Positions 32,224 to 42,163 of a DNA stretch of 64,000 nucleotides are shown piece after piece. Positions within the stretch are counted from its first letter, which is position 1, and every line of letters begins with the position of its first letter. This stretch comes from Longimicrobiales bacterium (GTDB lineage: Bacteria; Gemmatimonadota; Gemmatimonadetes; Longimicrobiales; Gaopeijiaceae). Location: the NCBI GenBank assembly GCA_965248195.1, contig CBDFIQ010000002.1, positions 3,298,813 to 3,362,812 on the forward strand, read 5' to 3'. The notes under the pieces are model-generated. The model saw only the letters and a program-made list of their open reading frames with translations, was not told the origin of the DNA and ran no database searches. The translations under genes were made by a program, and so were the position numbers.

Positions 32224-33147
32224 TCACCGCCCCGTCAGGTGCTCCTCGAACCATGCGACCAGCGCGTCCGAGGCGCGGGTGCGGTCCGCTTCGCTTCGAA
32301 ACCCGTGACCCGCGCCCTCGATGACCACGAGATCCGTCTCGATCCCCGCGCTTACCAGGGCCGAGTGCATCAGCTCACTGTTGTTGAGATCGACCAGCGC
32401 GTCGGCGTCTCCGTGAACCAACAGGGTCGGCGGATCGTCGGATGACACGTGCAGGATCGGCGACACCGAAGCGCCGAGATCCTCTTCGAACCCGAGCGCG
32501 ACGAAGCGATCAGCCGCGCCGGGCACCACCACGCCCCGCGCAAAGAAGAGGCCATCCTCCGGGAGCGTAGCCGGGAAGCCTTCGCCCGGCCCGGACCAAT
32601 GGCGCAGATCCACCGGGGGGTAGTACGCGACAACCGCTGCGACGTGACTGCTCATACGCAGCACTTCGTCGGTCGCGTTGGGGTCACCCTCGTCCGAGGC
32701 CAGACCCAGCATGAGGGAGAGATGGCCGCCGGCACTCCCTCCGTAGACGCCGAGGCGGTCCGGGTCGATTCCAAATTGTGGGGCCTGGAGACGCACAACA
32801 CGCACCGCGCGACGCACATCGGCGTACGCTTCCGGGACGTTGAACCTCGGGCTGCTCCCGTGACGAACCGCGAAGACCGTAAATCCCTTGTCCAGAAGCG
32901 CCTCGTACCTCGACCGGGCCTGCTCTGGGGCCGTCCACCGCGACACCCAGCCGCCGCTCACCATGTTGAGGATCCCGACGCCGTTGGCTTCGCCAGGAGG
33001 CGTAAAGACGTCAAATGTCAGAGCCATCCCATCCTTATGGCCATAGACCACGTCCGGGATGATGGAGCCGCTGCTCTGTGCGTGGACCGAGATAACCAGG
33101 CAGAACATGGTCAGCGTCGCGGCCGTCGCTCGGGTCAACATTTTCAT
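32224..33147 (-). CDS. Secreted alpha/beta hydrolase (esterase)
   Basis: Signal peptide, SGGW, GGSAGGHL, HGDAD.LV, GAGHGF. Confidence 0.88.
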   Translation of the reverse strand: MKMLTRATAATLTMFCLVISVHAQSSGSIIPDVVYGHKDGMALTFDVFTPPGEANGVGILNMVSGGWVSRWTAPEQARSRYEALLDKGFTVFAVRHGSSPRFNVPEAYADVRRAVRVVRLQAPQFGIDPDRLGVYGGSAGGHLSLMLGLASDEGDPNATDEVLRMSSHVAAVVAYYPPVDLRHWSGPGEGFPATLPEDGLFFARGVVVPGAADRFVALGFEEDLGASVSPILHVSSDDPPTLLVHGDADALVDLNNSELMHSALVSAGIETDLVVIEGAGHGFRSEADRTRASDALVAWFEEHLTGR

Positions 33148-33414
33148 GGTCGTTTTCCTCCTCCAGCGGGGTTCTCCGATGAGTCGAACCGGGAGCCCTC
33201 TTACGGGTTGGGATAACGTGAGGGGTGGGGGTCGACTGGGCAATAACCCGAGAGCGGCTGCTTGTGCTTGCTGGCCCCGCACCAGAGAAAGCATCGATCA
33301 ACTCGGCCCCCCGCTTGGGTTGCGTCAACCCTCACTGGCCGTGCAGGTTGACCATTCATGGACGATGTCCCCGTGCGCACGAGCCGCGGCACATCGGCCC
33401 CAACGCTCCGGCAC

Positions 33415-34017
33415 ATGACCAACTCGCCCATGTTCTCCAAGATCGACGCGGACCGCATCCTCAAGCGTGCCGCAGAAATCGAAGGATCGGAGGACTCCGG
33501 ACCTCTCACCATCGATGAGCTTCGGTCGATCGCGGGGGAAGCCGGCTTCGGCTCCCAAGCAGTCGAGCGCGCTATCGTCGAGGCCCAACGGGCCGGCCCC
33601 ACGGAAGTCCGCCGTCATCCGGTCCAGAAGTCCGGGCTGGTGTTCACGCATTTATCGACCTTCAGAGCCATCCCCATCGAGATCAGCTCCGACCAGCTCA
33701 TGAAGGCAGTACGGCTTTTCCCGCCCTATCGTGAAGGTCCGGCTCATGTCAATCTCGGAGACCACCAGATCACTTGGCGCGATAGCAAGGGCCTCGGGTT
33801 CACGGTCACGTCCGCTGGCGGAGTCACCGAGGTCCAGGTGTACGTGTCGAAGTTTCTCCTTTTTCGAAAAGGTAACTGGATGGGTTGGGTGAAGTCCGCC
33901 GCGGACCGTCTGGAAGAGCTGGTGTTCTTAGTGGCGGCTCGGGAGCTACCCGGCACGCAGCAACTCGGGGCTCACCTGCCAAGATCCAATTCCTCCGCGG
34001 CCGGCCCCGACCACTAG
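33415..34017 (+). CDS. Hypothetical protein
   Basis: RILKRAAEIE...LTIDELRSIAGEAGF helical N-domain. Confidence 0.7.
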   Translation: MTNSPMFSKIDADRILKRAAEIEGSEDSGPLTIDELRSIAGEAGFGSQAVERAIVEAQRAGPTEVRRHPVQKSGLVFTHLSTFRAIPIEISSDQLMKAVRLFPPYREGPAHVNLGDHQITWRDSKGLGFTVTSAGGVTEVQVYVSKFLLFRKGNWMGWVKSAADRLEELVFLVAARELPGTQQLGAHLPRSNSSAAGPDH

Positions 34018-34093
34018 CCCACTGGGGCGCACTTACCGAACCCGCTAGTAGGCCAGCGGATTCGGCCGAATCTGGAGAGGCGCTGGGGGAGTT

Positions 34094-34816
34094 GTGACCT
34101 TCGACGAGTTCTCTCACGTGGCCCAGGAGGCCTTCCAGAGCGTTCCCGAGGCGTATCGGGAGGGCGTCGACGGCGTCACGTCTGTCGAGGCGGTAGAGAG
34201 CCATCCCGAGCTCCCCGGCGTGCTCACCCTGGGCGAATGTGTCACGCAGGCCTTCAACTCGGAGTGGCAAAGTCCCGAGACCACTCGCTCACGGGTGGTC
34301 CTCTACTACGGCTCCTTCCGAAAGATGGCCGAGGACGATCCCGACTTCGACTGGGAGGGGGAGCTCTGGGAGACCCTCACCCACGAGCTCCAGCACCACC
34401 TCGAGTCCCTGGCCGACGAAGATGCTCTCGAGGCCATGGACTACGCCGTTGACGAGTCGTTCAAGCGGGAGCGGGGCGAGCCATTCGACCCCTGGTACTT
34501 TCAGTGGGGAGAGCCAGTGGGCGGGGGCGTGTACCGCGTGGAGGACGAGGTGTACATCGAGCGGGTCCTGACGGCGGAGGAATTCGATCGCTTGGAGGAG
34601 ATCGAGTTCACTTGGAAAGACCAGTCCTATCGGCTGCCTCGGCCCCAGGAGCTGGGTGACGTCCACTTCATCGTGGTGGACGGAACCGAGCCCCGCGTGC
34701 AGATCGTCCTGGTCCGGCGAGCCTCATGGCGGCAGCGGCTCCGGGGGGTGCTACGCTCCGGAGGCCCCACGGTGCTGGAGAGCAGCGCCGAGGCCCGGCG
34801 GGTTGCCGGCTGCTGA
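34094..34816 (+). CDS. Zincin-like metallopeptidase
   Basis: VVLYYGSF...ETLTHELQHHLE (HEXXH). Confidence 0.85.
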   Translation: MTFDEFSHVAQEAFQSVPEAYREGVDGVTSVEAVESHPELPGVLTLGECVTQAFNSEWQSPETTRSRVVLYYGSFRKMAEDDPDFDWEGELWETLTHELQHHLESLADEDALEAMDYAVDESFKRERGEPFDPWYFQWGEPVGGGVYRVEDEVYIERVLTAEEFDRLEEIEFTWKDQSYRLPRPQELGDVHFIVVDGTEPRVQIVLVRRASWRQRLRGVLRSGGPTVLESSAEARRVAGC

Positions 34817-34908
34817 TCAAGCTCGGCGGGCCAGGAGTCGCTACTTTGTGCACGACCGCCCCCGCGCCATATTGTCTCGGTCCACCCCATTCCCGGGAGG
34901 AGGGTACC

Positions 34909-36411
34909 ATGAGGCGCATCGTCAGGCCGATCCTGATCGCTTTTCTCGCCCTATTCACGATGGGCGCCGGGCCAGCTGTTCCGCAGTCCTCCTCCCCGGC
35001 CGTTGCGCGCCTCTCCCTGACCGGGTCCGCCAAGCGCTATTGCTCCGGCATCTGGGTCTCTGAGCGGAACAGGGAAGAGGCGCTGTACAACAGCGTTCTG
35101 CTGCAAGATCCAGGTACACAGTCGGGCGGGGGAATGGTCGAGCAATACGAAAGCGGCCGGCTCGAGTTCGACATCGACGACGGGCGCCGGGTCGTCACGG
35201 CGTCTCGGGACGGCGTCTCGGCCAGTGCTCGTCACTTCCGCGATCAGGGTTGCGTGATCCTGCGGCCGGAAACCGACAAGCCGCTCTTCACACCGCAGTG
35301 GGTCACAAGCACCTTGCCCGACGCAGCGTCGACACCGTGGCCCATGGGGGACCGCCTGCCCGACACACCGCTACCCTCGGACGTCAACGGCGCCCTCCTC
35401 GACCAGGCCGCACGCACCTTCTACGCAAATGATCTGGACCGCCGGGCGGCGTTCGTCATCGTCCATCGAGGCAGGATCGTGATGGAGGAGTACGCCTGGG
35501 GAGCCCACCAGGACATGCAGCTCGAGAGCTGGTCGATGGGGAAGAGCATGACGGCCACCTTCATCGGCCGCCTGATCGAGATGGGTCGGCTGGAGCTCCG
35601 GCAGCCGGCGCCCGTGGCGGAGTGGCAGCTCTCCCCCGGTGACCCTCGTAGCGAGATTCGGATCGCGGATCTCCTCCGCATGTCGAGTGGGCTGCGCTTC
35701 AGCGGAGGCGGATCGACCGCCGAGCAAATGGCCGCGTCCTACATCCCTGGCTTCGCGGACCACGGACTCGGATACTCGGCCCCGATCGACGTCTTCCGGT
35801 TTTCGGCCAGCCGCGACGCCGAACATCCGCCCAACACGGTCGGACGATACCGGAACTCGGATCCGTGGACGCTGGGATACATCGTGCGCGGCACGGTGGA
35901 GAACGAGCTCGGTGAGGAGTACCTGACGTGGCCCCAGCGGGCGGTCTTCGACAAGATCGGGATCCGCCGCTTCGTGATGGAGACTGATATCTACGGCAAC
36001 TTCATCCTCACCGGCTACAACTACGGCACCGCGCGCGACTGGGCGCGGCTCGGGCTTCTCTATCTCCAGAGAGGAATGTGGAGCGGAGAGCGGCTGCTGC
36101 CCGAGGAGTTCGTGGATTTCGTCCAGACCCCCGCCCCGGCGTGGGACCCGCCCGTTTATGGCGGCCTCTTCTGGCTCAACACAGCGGACGAGACGGGACG
36201 CGGACGACGCGTCCCCACCCTGCCGCCCGATACGTACAACGCGTCAGGTGCGGGCGACCAGCGCACGTATATCATCCCGTCCCGCGACCTCGTCATCGTG
36301 GTGATGAGCCACGGGGCGGGCGCCGATTTGGCTCCGGATCGGCGGACGAGGGAGTTCGAGGCGCTGGGACTGGCGGTGAAGGCGGTGGACCCGAGCTGGA
36401 GCTGGGAGTAG
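34909..36411 (+). CDS. Serine hydrolase, beta-lactamase family
   Basis: GGAGGAGG RBS; SWSMGKS (SxxK), LLRMSSGL, TARDWARLG.LYL. Confidence 0.9.
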   Translation: MRRIVRPILIAFLALFTMGAGPAVPQSSSPAVARLSLTGSAKRYCSGIWVSERNREEALYNSVLLQDPGTQSGGGMVEQYESGRLEFDIDDGRRVVTASRDGVSASARHFRDQGCVILRPETDKPLFTPQWVTSTLPDAASTPWPMGDRLPDTPLPSDVNGALLDQAARTFYANDLDRRAAFVIVHRGRIVMEEYAWGAHQDMQLESWSMGKSMTATFIGRLIEMGRLELRQPAPVAEWQLSPGDPRSEIRIADLLRMSSGLRFSGGGSTAEQMAASYIPGFADHGLGYSAPIDVFRFSASRDAEHPPNTVGRYRNSDPWTLGYIVRGTVENELGEEYLTWPQRAVFDKIGIRRFVMETDIYGNFILTGYNYGTARDWARLGLLYLQRGMWSGERLLPEEFVDFVQTPAPAWDPPVYGGLFWLNTADETGRGRRVPTLPPDTYNASGAGDQRTYIIPSRDLVIVVMSHGAGADLAPDRRTREFEALGLAVKAVDPSWSWE

Positions 36412-36914
36412 ACGTTCTCTACTTCGCCTACGGCTCCAACCTCTGCTTCCCCCGGCTGAGCGCACGCGTGCCAGGAGCCCGGTCGCTGGGTCCCGCTCTC
36501 CTGCGCGGCCATGAGCTGCGTTGGCACAAGAGAGGCACGGACGGGTCGGGCAAGTGCAGCATCGTCAATGTAGGCGGAGACGCGATCGTCCATGGCGCTC
36601 TCTTTGCCATCCCCAAAACGGAAGAGTCTGCCCTCGACCGTGCGGAGGGGTCGGGATATAAAGACATCCCTGTTTCTGTGGAGTCGACCCAAGGCGATGT
36701 GACCGCCAAGACGTACGTGGCGATCGAATCCGCGATAGATGACACACGACAACCCTACTCCTGGTACAAGGCCCTGGTCGTATCTGGGGCGGAGTCATTG
36801 GGCCTTCCCCACGCGTACGTCGAGACGCTGCGCATGGTGGACGCGGTCGACGATCCCGATGCCGAGCGCGTCCGGAGGCACCGGGCCTTCCTGCCTTGCG
36901 GGGGGTCCGGCTAA
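36408..36914 (+). CDS. Gamma-glutamylcyclotransferase family protein (start codon unclear)
   Basis: LYFAYGSNL, LDRAEG, PYSWYKALV..GA...LP..YV. Confidence 0.8.
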   Translation, partial: VDVLYFAYGSNLCFPRLSARVPGARSLGPALLRGHELRWHKRGTDGSGKCSIVNVGGDAIVHGALFAIPKTEESALDRAEGSGYKDIPVSVESTQGDVTAKTYVAIESAIDDTRQPYSWYKALVVSGAESLGLPHAYVETLRMVDAVDDPDAERVRRHRAFLPCGGSG

Positions 36915-37019
36915 CATTCGGTGGCCTTCCAACTCGTGGATCCCCGCTCCGGCGGTTGGGGAGGGTCTGGGAAACGGTGAGTTAGGCGAGGGCTGAAACG
37001 GTGAGTCCGGCGAGGGCTA

Positions 37020-37340
37020 ATGATGGCGTACTACTTGGTTGAAGCGGCGGCGAAGGAAGCGCGACTTCCAGAGCTTGGGGAGCGGCTGGGGAAAGACGAG
37101 TTCCTTTCCATGCGCCCCTTCGGTGCCTCCGTCACGTTTGCGCTGCGTGGTGCCCGCAGGCGCCCCGACAGGGGAGTGGTGTGGGAAGAAGAGGACTATT
37201 GTTCTCCACCGCTCGCTCAGGAACGCGCCGCCGTACTCGACGAGTACTTTGACGACCTCCGCGTCACATCGGTCCAAGAGAATGAGGGGTGGGCTCAGAT
37301 CCGTGATCTGCCGCTACTCTTTCCCGAGTTCGCGGATTAG
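37020..37340 (+). CDS. Hypothetical protein
   Basis: Compact ORF with WEEEDYCSPPLAQERAAVLD; preceded by a 24-bp tandem duplication. Confidence 0.7.
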   Translation: MMAYYLVEAAAKEARLPELGERLGKDEFLSMRPFGASVTFALRGARRRPDRGVVWEEEDYCSPPLAQERAAVLDEYFDDLRVTSVQENEGWAQIRDLPLLFPEFAD

Positions 37341-37490
37341 CAATGGGCTCGCGGGCCGTGCACGCCAACGGCAGAGTGAATCCGGGAACGAAAGAGCCAC
37401 GTCTATGAGTTATGTCAGCGAGCCCGTCTCGGAGTCATCGCAGCGAGTGAGCGACTTCTCCGAGCGGGACAGTGCTCAAAAGGGGGACCT

Positions 37491-38552
37491 ATGCGTTCGG
37501 TCGTGATCATGATGCTCACCGCAGCTGCGCTCTCGCCCGGCATGGCGCGAGCGCAAGGGTTCCAAGCGGTCGCCGCGGACCCGAACATGCCCATCAAGGA
37601 GGGCTTCGACACCGATCGAGCCATCTTTTGGCGGGCGCCCAACTTCGTTCCCCTCAGAAATCCGAATTGGCGATCGCTGAGCGCTGCCCGTGCCTCCGGC
37701 CACGTCTCCGACGATACGCCTGTCCTGGTATTCGAAGCGGGTGGGTCCACGCTGGTCCTGGTCTCCAGCCAAATGGCGTACCATCACGTGGCCCAGGGTG
37801 ACATGAACGGTGAGCCGTGGATGGTGACCTTCTGAGTGGTGTGCAACTCAGGGGTCAGGATGGCTCCAGGAATCGATGGCGTGACGCACACCTTCGCGGA
37901 GCATGGGCTCTACGACGGGTTGTTCCTGATGCGGGATGAAGAGACCGGAACCTTCTGGGATCATTTGACAGGCGAGGCGGTTTACGGACCGCAGGTAGGC
38001 GCGGTGTTGGAGATCGCCAATCTTCTCCACTCCAGAGTGGACCAGGTCTTGGCGAACGATCCCGGTGCCCTCATCGCGCTGTCGGATCGGGCCATGAGGA
38101 CCGACGAGGATATGGAACCCCGCAGCTTGCTCGCGCGAGTGGGTGGGCGGCTCTCCAGAATGTTTCGCACGACGGTCAAAGAGGAAGATGATCGGCTCCC
38201 GACCATGGATATCGGCTTGGGAATCTGGGACGGTGAAGAGGCGCGGTACTACTCGTATGAGCGGGTCGTGGCGGAAGACAAAGCGGTCCTCGACGCGTTC
38301 CAAGGACGGCGCCTGCTGGTGTTTCTCGACCCGTCTTCGTATGTGCTGTCGTCATTCCTCGTCGATGCCGAAAGCCTGCGGTGGGACGATGACGTTCTCC
38401 GACTCAGTAATGACCAGTATGTCGAGGGGAGCATCCTGTACGATCCCGATGGCACCCGGGCAGAGGCCGCTAGGCCGCTACAGATTTTCACTCGATGGTA
38501 CGGGTTTGCGTTGACGTTCCCGGAGGCGGAGATCTACGGCGAGGAGCGCTGA
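37491..38552 (+). CDS. DUF3179-type protein, probable selenoprotein (UGA at 37833 read as Sec; UxxC)
   Basis: Two ORFs abut in frame: ...EPWMVTF-TGA-VVCNSG; HHV..., GLYDGLFLMRD.ETGTFWDH.TGEA..G motifs; hairpin 3' of UGA. Confidence 0.8.
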
Positions 38553-38615
38553 GGGAGCGATCGCCTTAGCCCGGTGACAATGCCGCAGAAGCGCGGGACG
38601 GGAACGGCGACTAGA

Positions 38616-39839
38616 CTAGACGTGCTCCCCCACCGAGTGACCGAAAGCCTCCAACGCAGCGACGATCTCCTTCACGTGCTCCCTCCCGCGTGTTTCCAGG
38701 TGCATCACCACCTCGACGTCGCCTACGGTGATGTCAGCGAACGCTCGACGGTGCCGGATTTCTAAAACGTTGGCACCTAGACCCGCTACGACCTTGGTCA
38801 GTGCCGCTAGCGATCCTGGACGATCCCGCACGGTGACCATCAGTCTGGCCATCCGCCCATCCGCCACCAATCCCCGTTCGATGATGCGGGCGATCATGTT
38901 TACGTCGATATTGCCGCCACACAGCACCGCGGTAACCACGTCCTCGGCCCCGAGCGAGATCCGCCCACTCACCAACGCCGCCAGGGGCGTTGCTCCCGCC
39001 CCTTCGACCACGGTTCTCTCGCGTTCCAGAAGCAGTAGGATTGCGCTCGCAATCTCCTCCTCTTCAACGATGACGATGTCATCCACGTACTCTTCTATCA
39101 AAGGAAACGCCAGGTCGCCGATTCGCTGCACCGCAATGCCGTCGGCGATGGTCTCAGCGCTCTCGATGTGAGTCACCTCACCCATCTCTCGCGAGCGGTA
39201 CGCCGCGGGCGCGGCGGCAGCCTCCACGCCGATTACACGGAGCGAAGGGTTCAGAGCTTTGACGGCAACCGCGATTCCCGAGATGACCCCACCTCCACCG
39301 ATAGGGACCACCACGTGCGTCAAGTCAGCCACCTGTTCTACGAGCTCCAGGCCGATGGTCCCCTGGCCCGCAATGACGGCCCGATCGTCGTAGGGATGCA
39401 CCATGGTGAGGCCGTCCTGATCCACCATGCGGAGGGCCTCACCCAGGGATTCGGAAACCGTGTCCCCATACAGAATCACACGCGCTCCAAAGCGGCGCGT
39501 GTTCGCGCTCTTCACCAAGGGTGTACCGATCGGCATCACGACCGTCGCCGGAATCCCGAGGTGCGTGGCATGGTGCGCGACCGCTTGGGCATGGTTGCCT
39601 GCACTGGCCGTCACGATTCCCCGTGAACGCTCCTCGCCTGATAACTGAAGCAGCTTGTTGAGCGCTCCGCGGTCCTTGAACGAGCCCGTGCGCTGCCGGG
39701 TCTCGAACTTGAGCCAGAGGGAACATGCCAGAAGATCGCCAAACGCCATCGATCTTGTGCAGGGGGTGAGCACCACCTGATCTCCGATGCGTTGCCTCGC
39801 CTCGAGAATATCAGGTAGAGTCAGGGATGGAGGCGGCAT
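38616..39839 (-). CDS. ilvA: Threonine ammonia-lyase with one ACT domain
   Basis: QRTGSFKDRGA, ASAGNHAQ, PIGGGG, GGNID, DRPGSL ACT domain. Confidence 0.9.
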   Translation of the reverse strand: MPPPSLTLPDILEARQRIGDQVVLTPCTRSMAFGDLLACSLWLKFETRQRTGSFKDRGALNKLLQLSGEERSRGIVTASAGNHAQAVAHHATHLGIPATVVMPIGTPLVKSANTRRFGARVILYGDTVSESLGEALRMVDQDGLTMVHPYDDRAVIAGQGTIGLELVEQVADLTHVVVPIGGGGVISGIAVAVKALNPSLRVIGVEAAAAPAAYRSREMGEVTHIESAETIADGIAVQRIGDLAFPLIEEYVDDIVIVEEEEIASAILLLLERERTVVEGAGATPLAALVSGRISLGAEDVVTAVLCGGNIDVNMIARIIERGLVADGRMARLMVTVRDRPGSLAALTKVVAGLGANVLEIRHRRAFADITVGDVEVVMHLETRGREHVKEIVAALEAFGHSVGEHV

Positions 39840-39935
39840 GATTGCCCCACCCCGACGGCCGGGGCATGTTCCGCACTTCCAGATCAATAGGCAGCCGCTC
39901 CCGAAGGCAGCCGCTCCCGAGCAAGGCATCGAGCA

Positions 39936-40223
39936 TTGGCCCACATCCCCTACGTGCCGTATGAAGAGGCGCAGGACTCCCTCGCTGAGCTGTATCAGAG
40001 ATACGGTGGCCCGGAGATGAAGGTAGACAACATCATCCGGATCCACTCCCTGAATCCGCCCTCCATGGAGCACCACGCACGGCTCTATAAACACCTCATG
40101 CGGGGACCGTCCCCCTTGAGTCGCATCCAGCGGGAGATGATCGCCGTGACGGTCTCAGCCGTGAACGAGTGCTTCAACCCCAAAACCCTCACAGAACCCG
40201 TTAAACCGCACAGATACGCCTAA
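39936..40223 (+). pseudogene. AhpD/carboxymuconolactone decarboxylase-like protein truncated at NECF
   Basis: DNIIRIHSLNP...LSRIQREMIAVTVSAVNECF then unrelated tail. Confidence 0.7.
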
Positions 40224-40444
40224 TACGCACGGTAGCGGGGGTATCGGATCGCGTCGTTGCAGGCCCGAAGCGCGCCCGAAAGTCGGTACCTTTGTCAACG
40301 GTTTTCACAACGCCCCACATTGGCGTAGGTCCGCCCCGGACCGCTTCCGCGAGCTCATAGACCGGATCTTCGACGACGCCGGCGCCAAGTGGCTCAGGGG
40401 GCCCGGATGAGCGTGCGGATTCACGTGGGCGACGTGCGCGAGAA

Positions 40445-41242
40445 ATGAGCCTCCACGTGATCTCGCTTGGGGCAGGCGTGCAGTCCTCGGTCATGCTCCT
40501 CATGGCCGCAACAGGCGAGCTCGAGCCACTCCCTGCCGCAGCCATCTTCGCGGACACGCAGTGGGAGCCACGCCGCGTCTACGGCCACCTGGCCTGGCTG
40601 GAGTCTGAGGTCGGGCGCCTGACGGACGGCAAGCTGCCCATCTACCGCGTCACGGCGGGCGACATCCGGAGCGGCGTGCTCAGCGCAAAGCGGCGTTTCA
40701 CGTCAATGCCACTCTTCACCGCGTCCGGCGGCATGGGCCGGAGACAATGCACACGCCAGTACAAGATCGCGCCGATCAAGAAGAAGGTGCGCGAGATCCT
40801 GGGCGTGGCCCCACGCCACAGAGTGCCCAAGGGCCAGACCGTCACGCAGTGGATGGGCATTACGGTGGACGAGGTGACGCGCATGAAGCCGTCGCGCGAT
40901 GCCTGGTGGATCAACCGCTATCCGCTGATCGAGCTCGGCATGTCGCGCTCCGATTGCCTCTCCTGGTTCGTGCGCGCCTATCCCGGCCGCGAGCTCGCCA
41001 GGTCCGCGTGCGTGGCGTGCCCTTACCGTTCGGACGTCGAGTGGCGCGACCTGAGAGACAACGAGCCTGAGTCTTGGCGGGAGGCCGTCGAGTTCGACCG
41101 CGCGATACGGAAGGGCAGCTCCGGTAGCTGCTTCGTCCACGTGTCCCGTGTCCCGCTCGACGAAGTGGACCTTTCGACGGCTGAGGAGCGCGGCCAGATG
41201 ACGCTCTGGAGCAACGAGTGCGAAGGAATGTGCGGTGTCTGA
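40445..41242 (+). CDS. Phage PAPS-reductase-like (PP-loop) protein
   Basis: ISLGAGVQSS, IFADTQWE, RQCT..YKI.PI, SACVACP, ECEGMCG. Confidence 0.82.
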   Translation: MSLHVISLGAGVQSSVMLLMAATGELEPLPAAAIFADTQWEPRRVYGHLAWLESEVGRLTDGKLPIYRVTAGDIRSGVLSAKRRFTSMPLFTASGGMGRRQCTRQYKIAPIKKKVREILGVAPRHRVPKGQTVTQWMGITVDEVTRMKPSRDAWWINRYPLIELGMSRSDCLSWFVRAYPGRELARSACVACPYRSDVEWRDLRDNEPESWREAVEFDRAIRKGSSGSCFVHVSRVPLDEVDLSTAEERGQMTLWSNECEGMCGV

Positions 41243-41255
41243 GGAGAGCGAGCGG

Positions 41256-41432
41256 ATGAGGGTGCGGATCCTCGTGGGCGACTGCCTGGACCTGCTGCGA
41301 ACCCTCCCGGAAGAGTCCGTGCACTGCGTCGTGACGAGCCCGCCGTACTGGGGGCTTCGTGACTACGGCGTGCAGGGTGCTATCGGGCTGGAGCCCCTTT
41401 GGATGCTGTCTCTTGATTTGGGGGGTGAGTGA
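41256..41432 (+). pseudogene. N4/N6 DNA methyltransferase, N-terminal stub
   Basis: ILVGDCLDLL..LPEESVHCVVTSPPYWGLRDYG...IGLEP then ends. Confidence 0.8.
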
Positions 41433-42163
41433 TGGCGAGTGCCGTCGAAGTGCGTGAGCGCCCGATCCTGATGTCCGCCGAGATGGTCCGGGCGGTCCTC
41501 GACGGGCGGAAGAGCCAGACCCGTAGAGTGGTGCAGCACCTCCCGGTCCTCAAGCCTGGCAAGTCTTACGCGCTACATCCAAGGAAAGATGGGACGTGGG
41601 AAGTGGGCATTGTGGACGACGGCACCGGCCACGGAGACCCGCTCTGGATTCGTCGCTGCCCCTACGGCCAGATCGGAGACCATCTGTACGTGAGGGAGGC
41701 ACACTTCGTCACAAACACCGGAATCTCGATCTACCGGGCGGACTACCCAGGCAACGCAGAAGCGCGCGGCCTAGAGAATATCCCGACCGAGTCGGACGTG
41801 CGTTGGTCCCCCTCGATTCACATGCCAAAGAGGTACGCCCGCATCTGGCTCGAGGTCACGGACATCCGGGCCGAGCGGGTGCAGGACATCACGACCGAGG
41901 ACGTGTGGTCTGAGGGTGTACAGATCCCTTCGACTGAGGATGGGAAGCCACTCGTCAGGCTCGCTCGACATGATGGCTCCCCGGGGGCGGCGGCGTTCTT
42001 CACGAAGGGACGACTCTTTCCTGGTCAGCCTCCGTTGACGGAAGACGAATTGGCCCGGGCCTACTTCGCCGAACTATGGGAGTCGTTGAACGCCAAGCGG
42101 GGCTACTCGTGGAATTCGAAACCCTGGGTGTGGATCGTTGAATTTCGGAGGGTCGAGCCGTGA
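41429..42163 (+). CDS. Conserved phage protein (ASCH-like)
   Basis: ERPILMSAEMVRAVLDGRKSQTRR, CPYGQIGD.LYVRE, W.PSIHMP, NPWVW-type C-terminus. Confidence 0.8.
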   Translation: MMASAVEVRERPILMSAEMVRAVLDGRKSQTRRVVQHLPVLKPGKSYALHPRKDGTWEVGIVDDGTGHGDPLWIRRCPYGQIGDHLYVREAHFVTNTGISIYRADYPGNAEARGLENIPTESDVRWSPSIHMPKRYARIWLEVTDIRAERVQDITTEDVWSEGVQIPSTEDGKPLVRLARHDGSPGAAAFFTKGRLFPGQPPLTEDELARAYFAELWESLNAKRGYSWNSKPWVWIVEFRRVEP

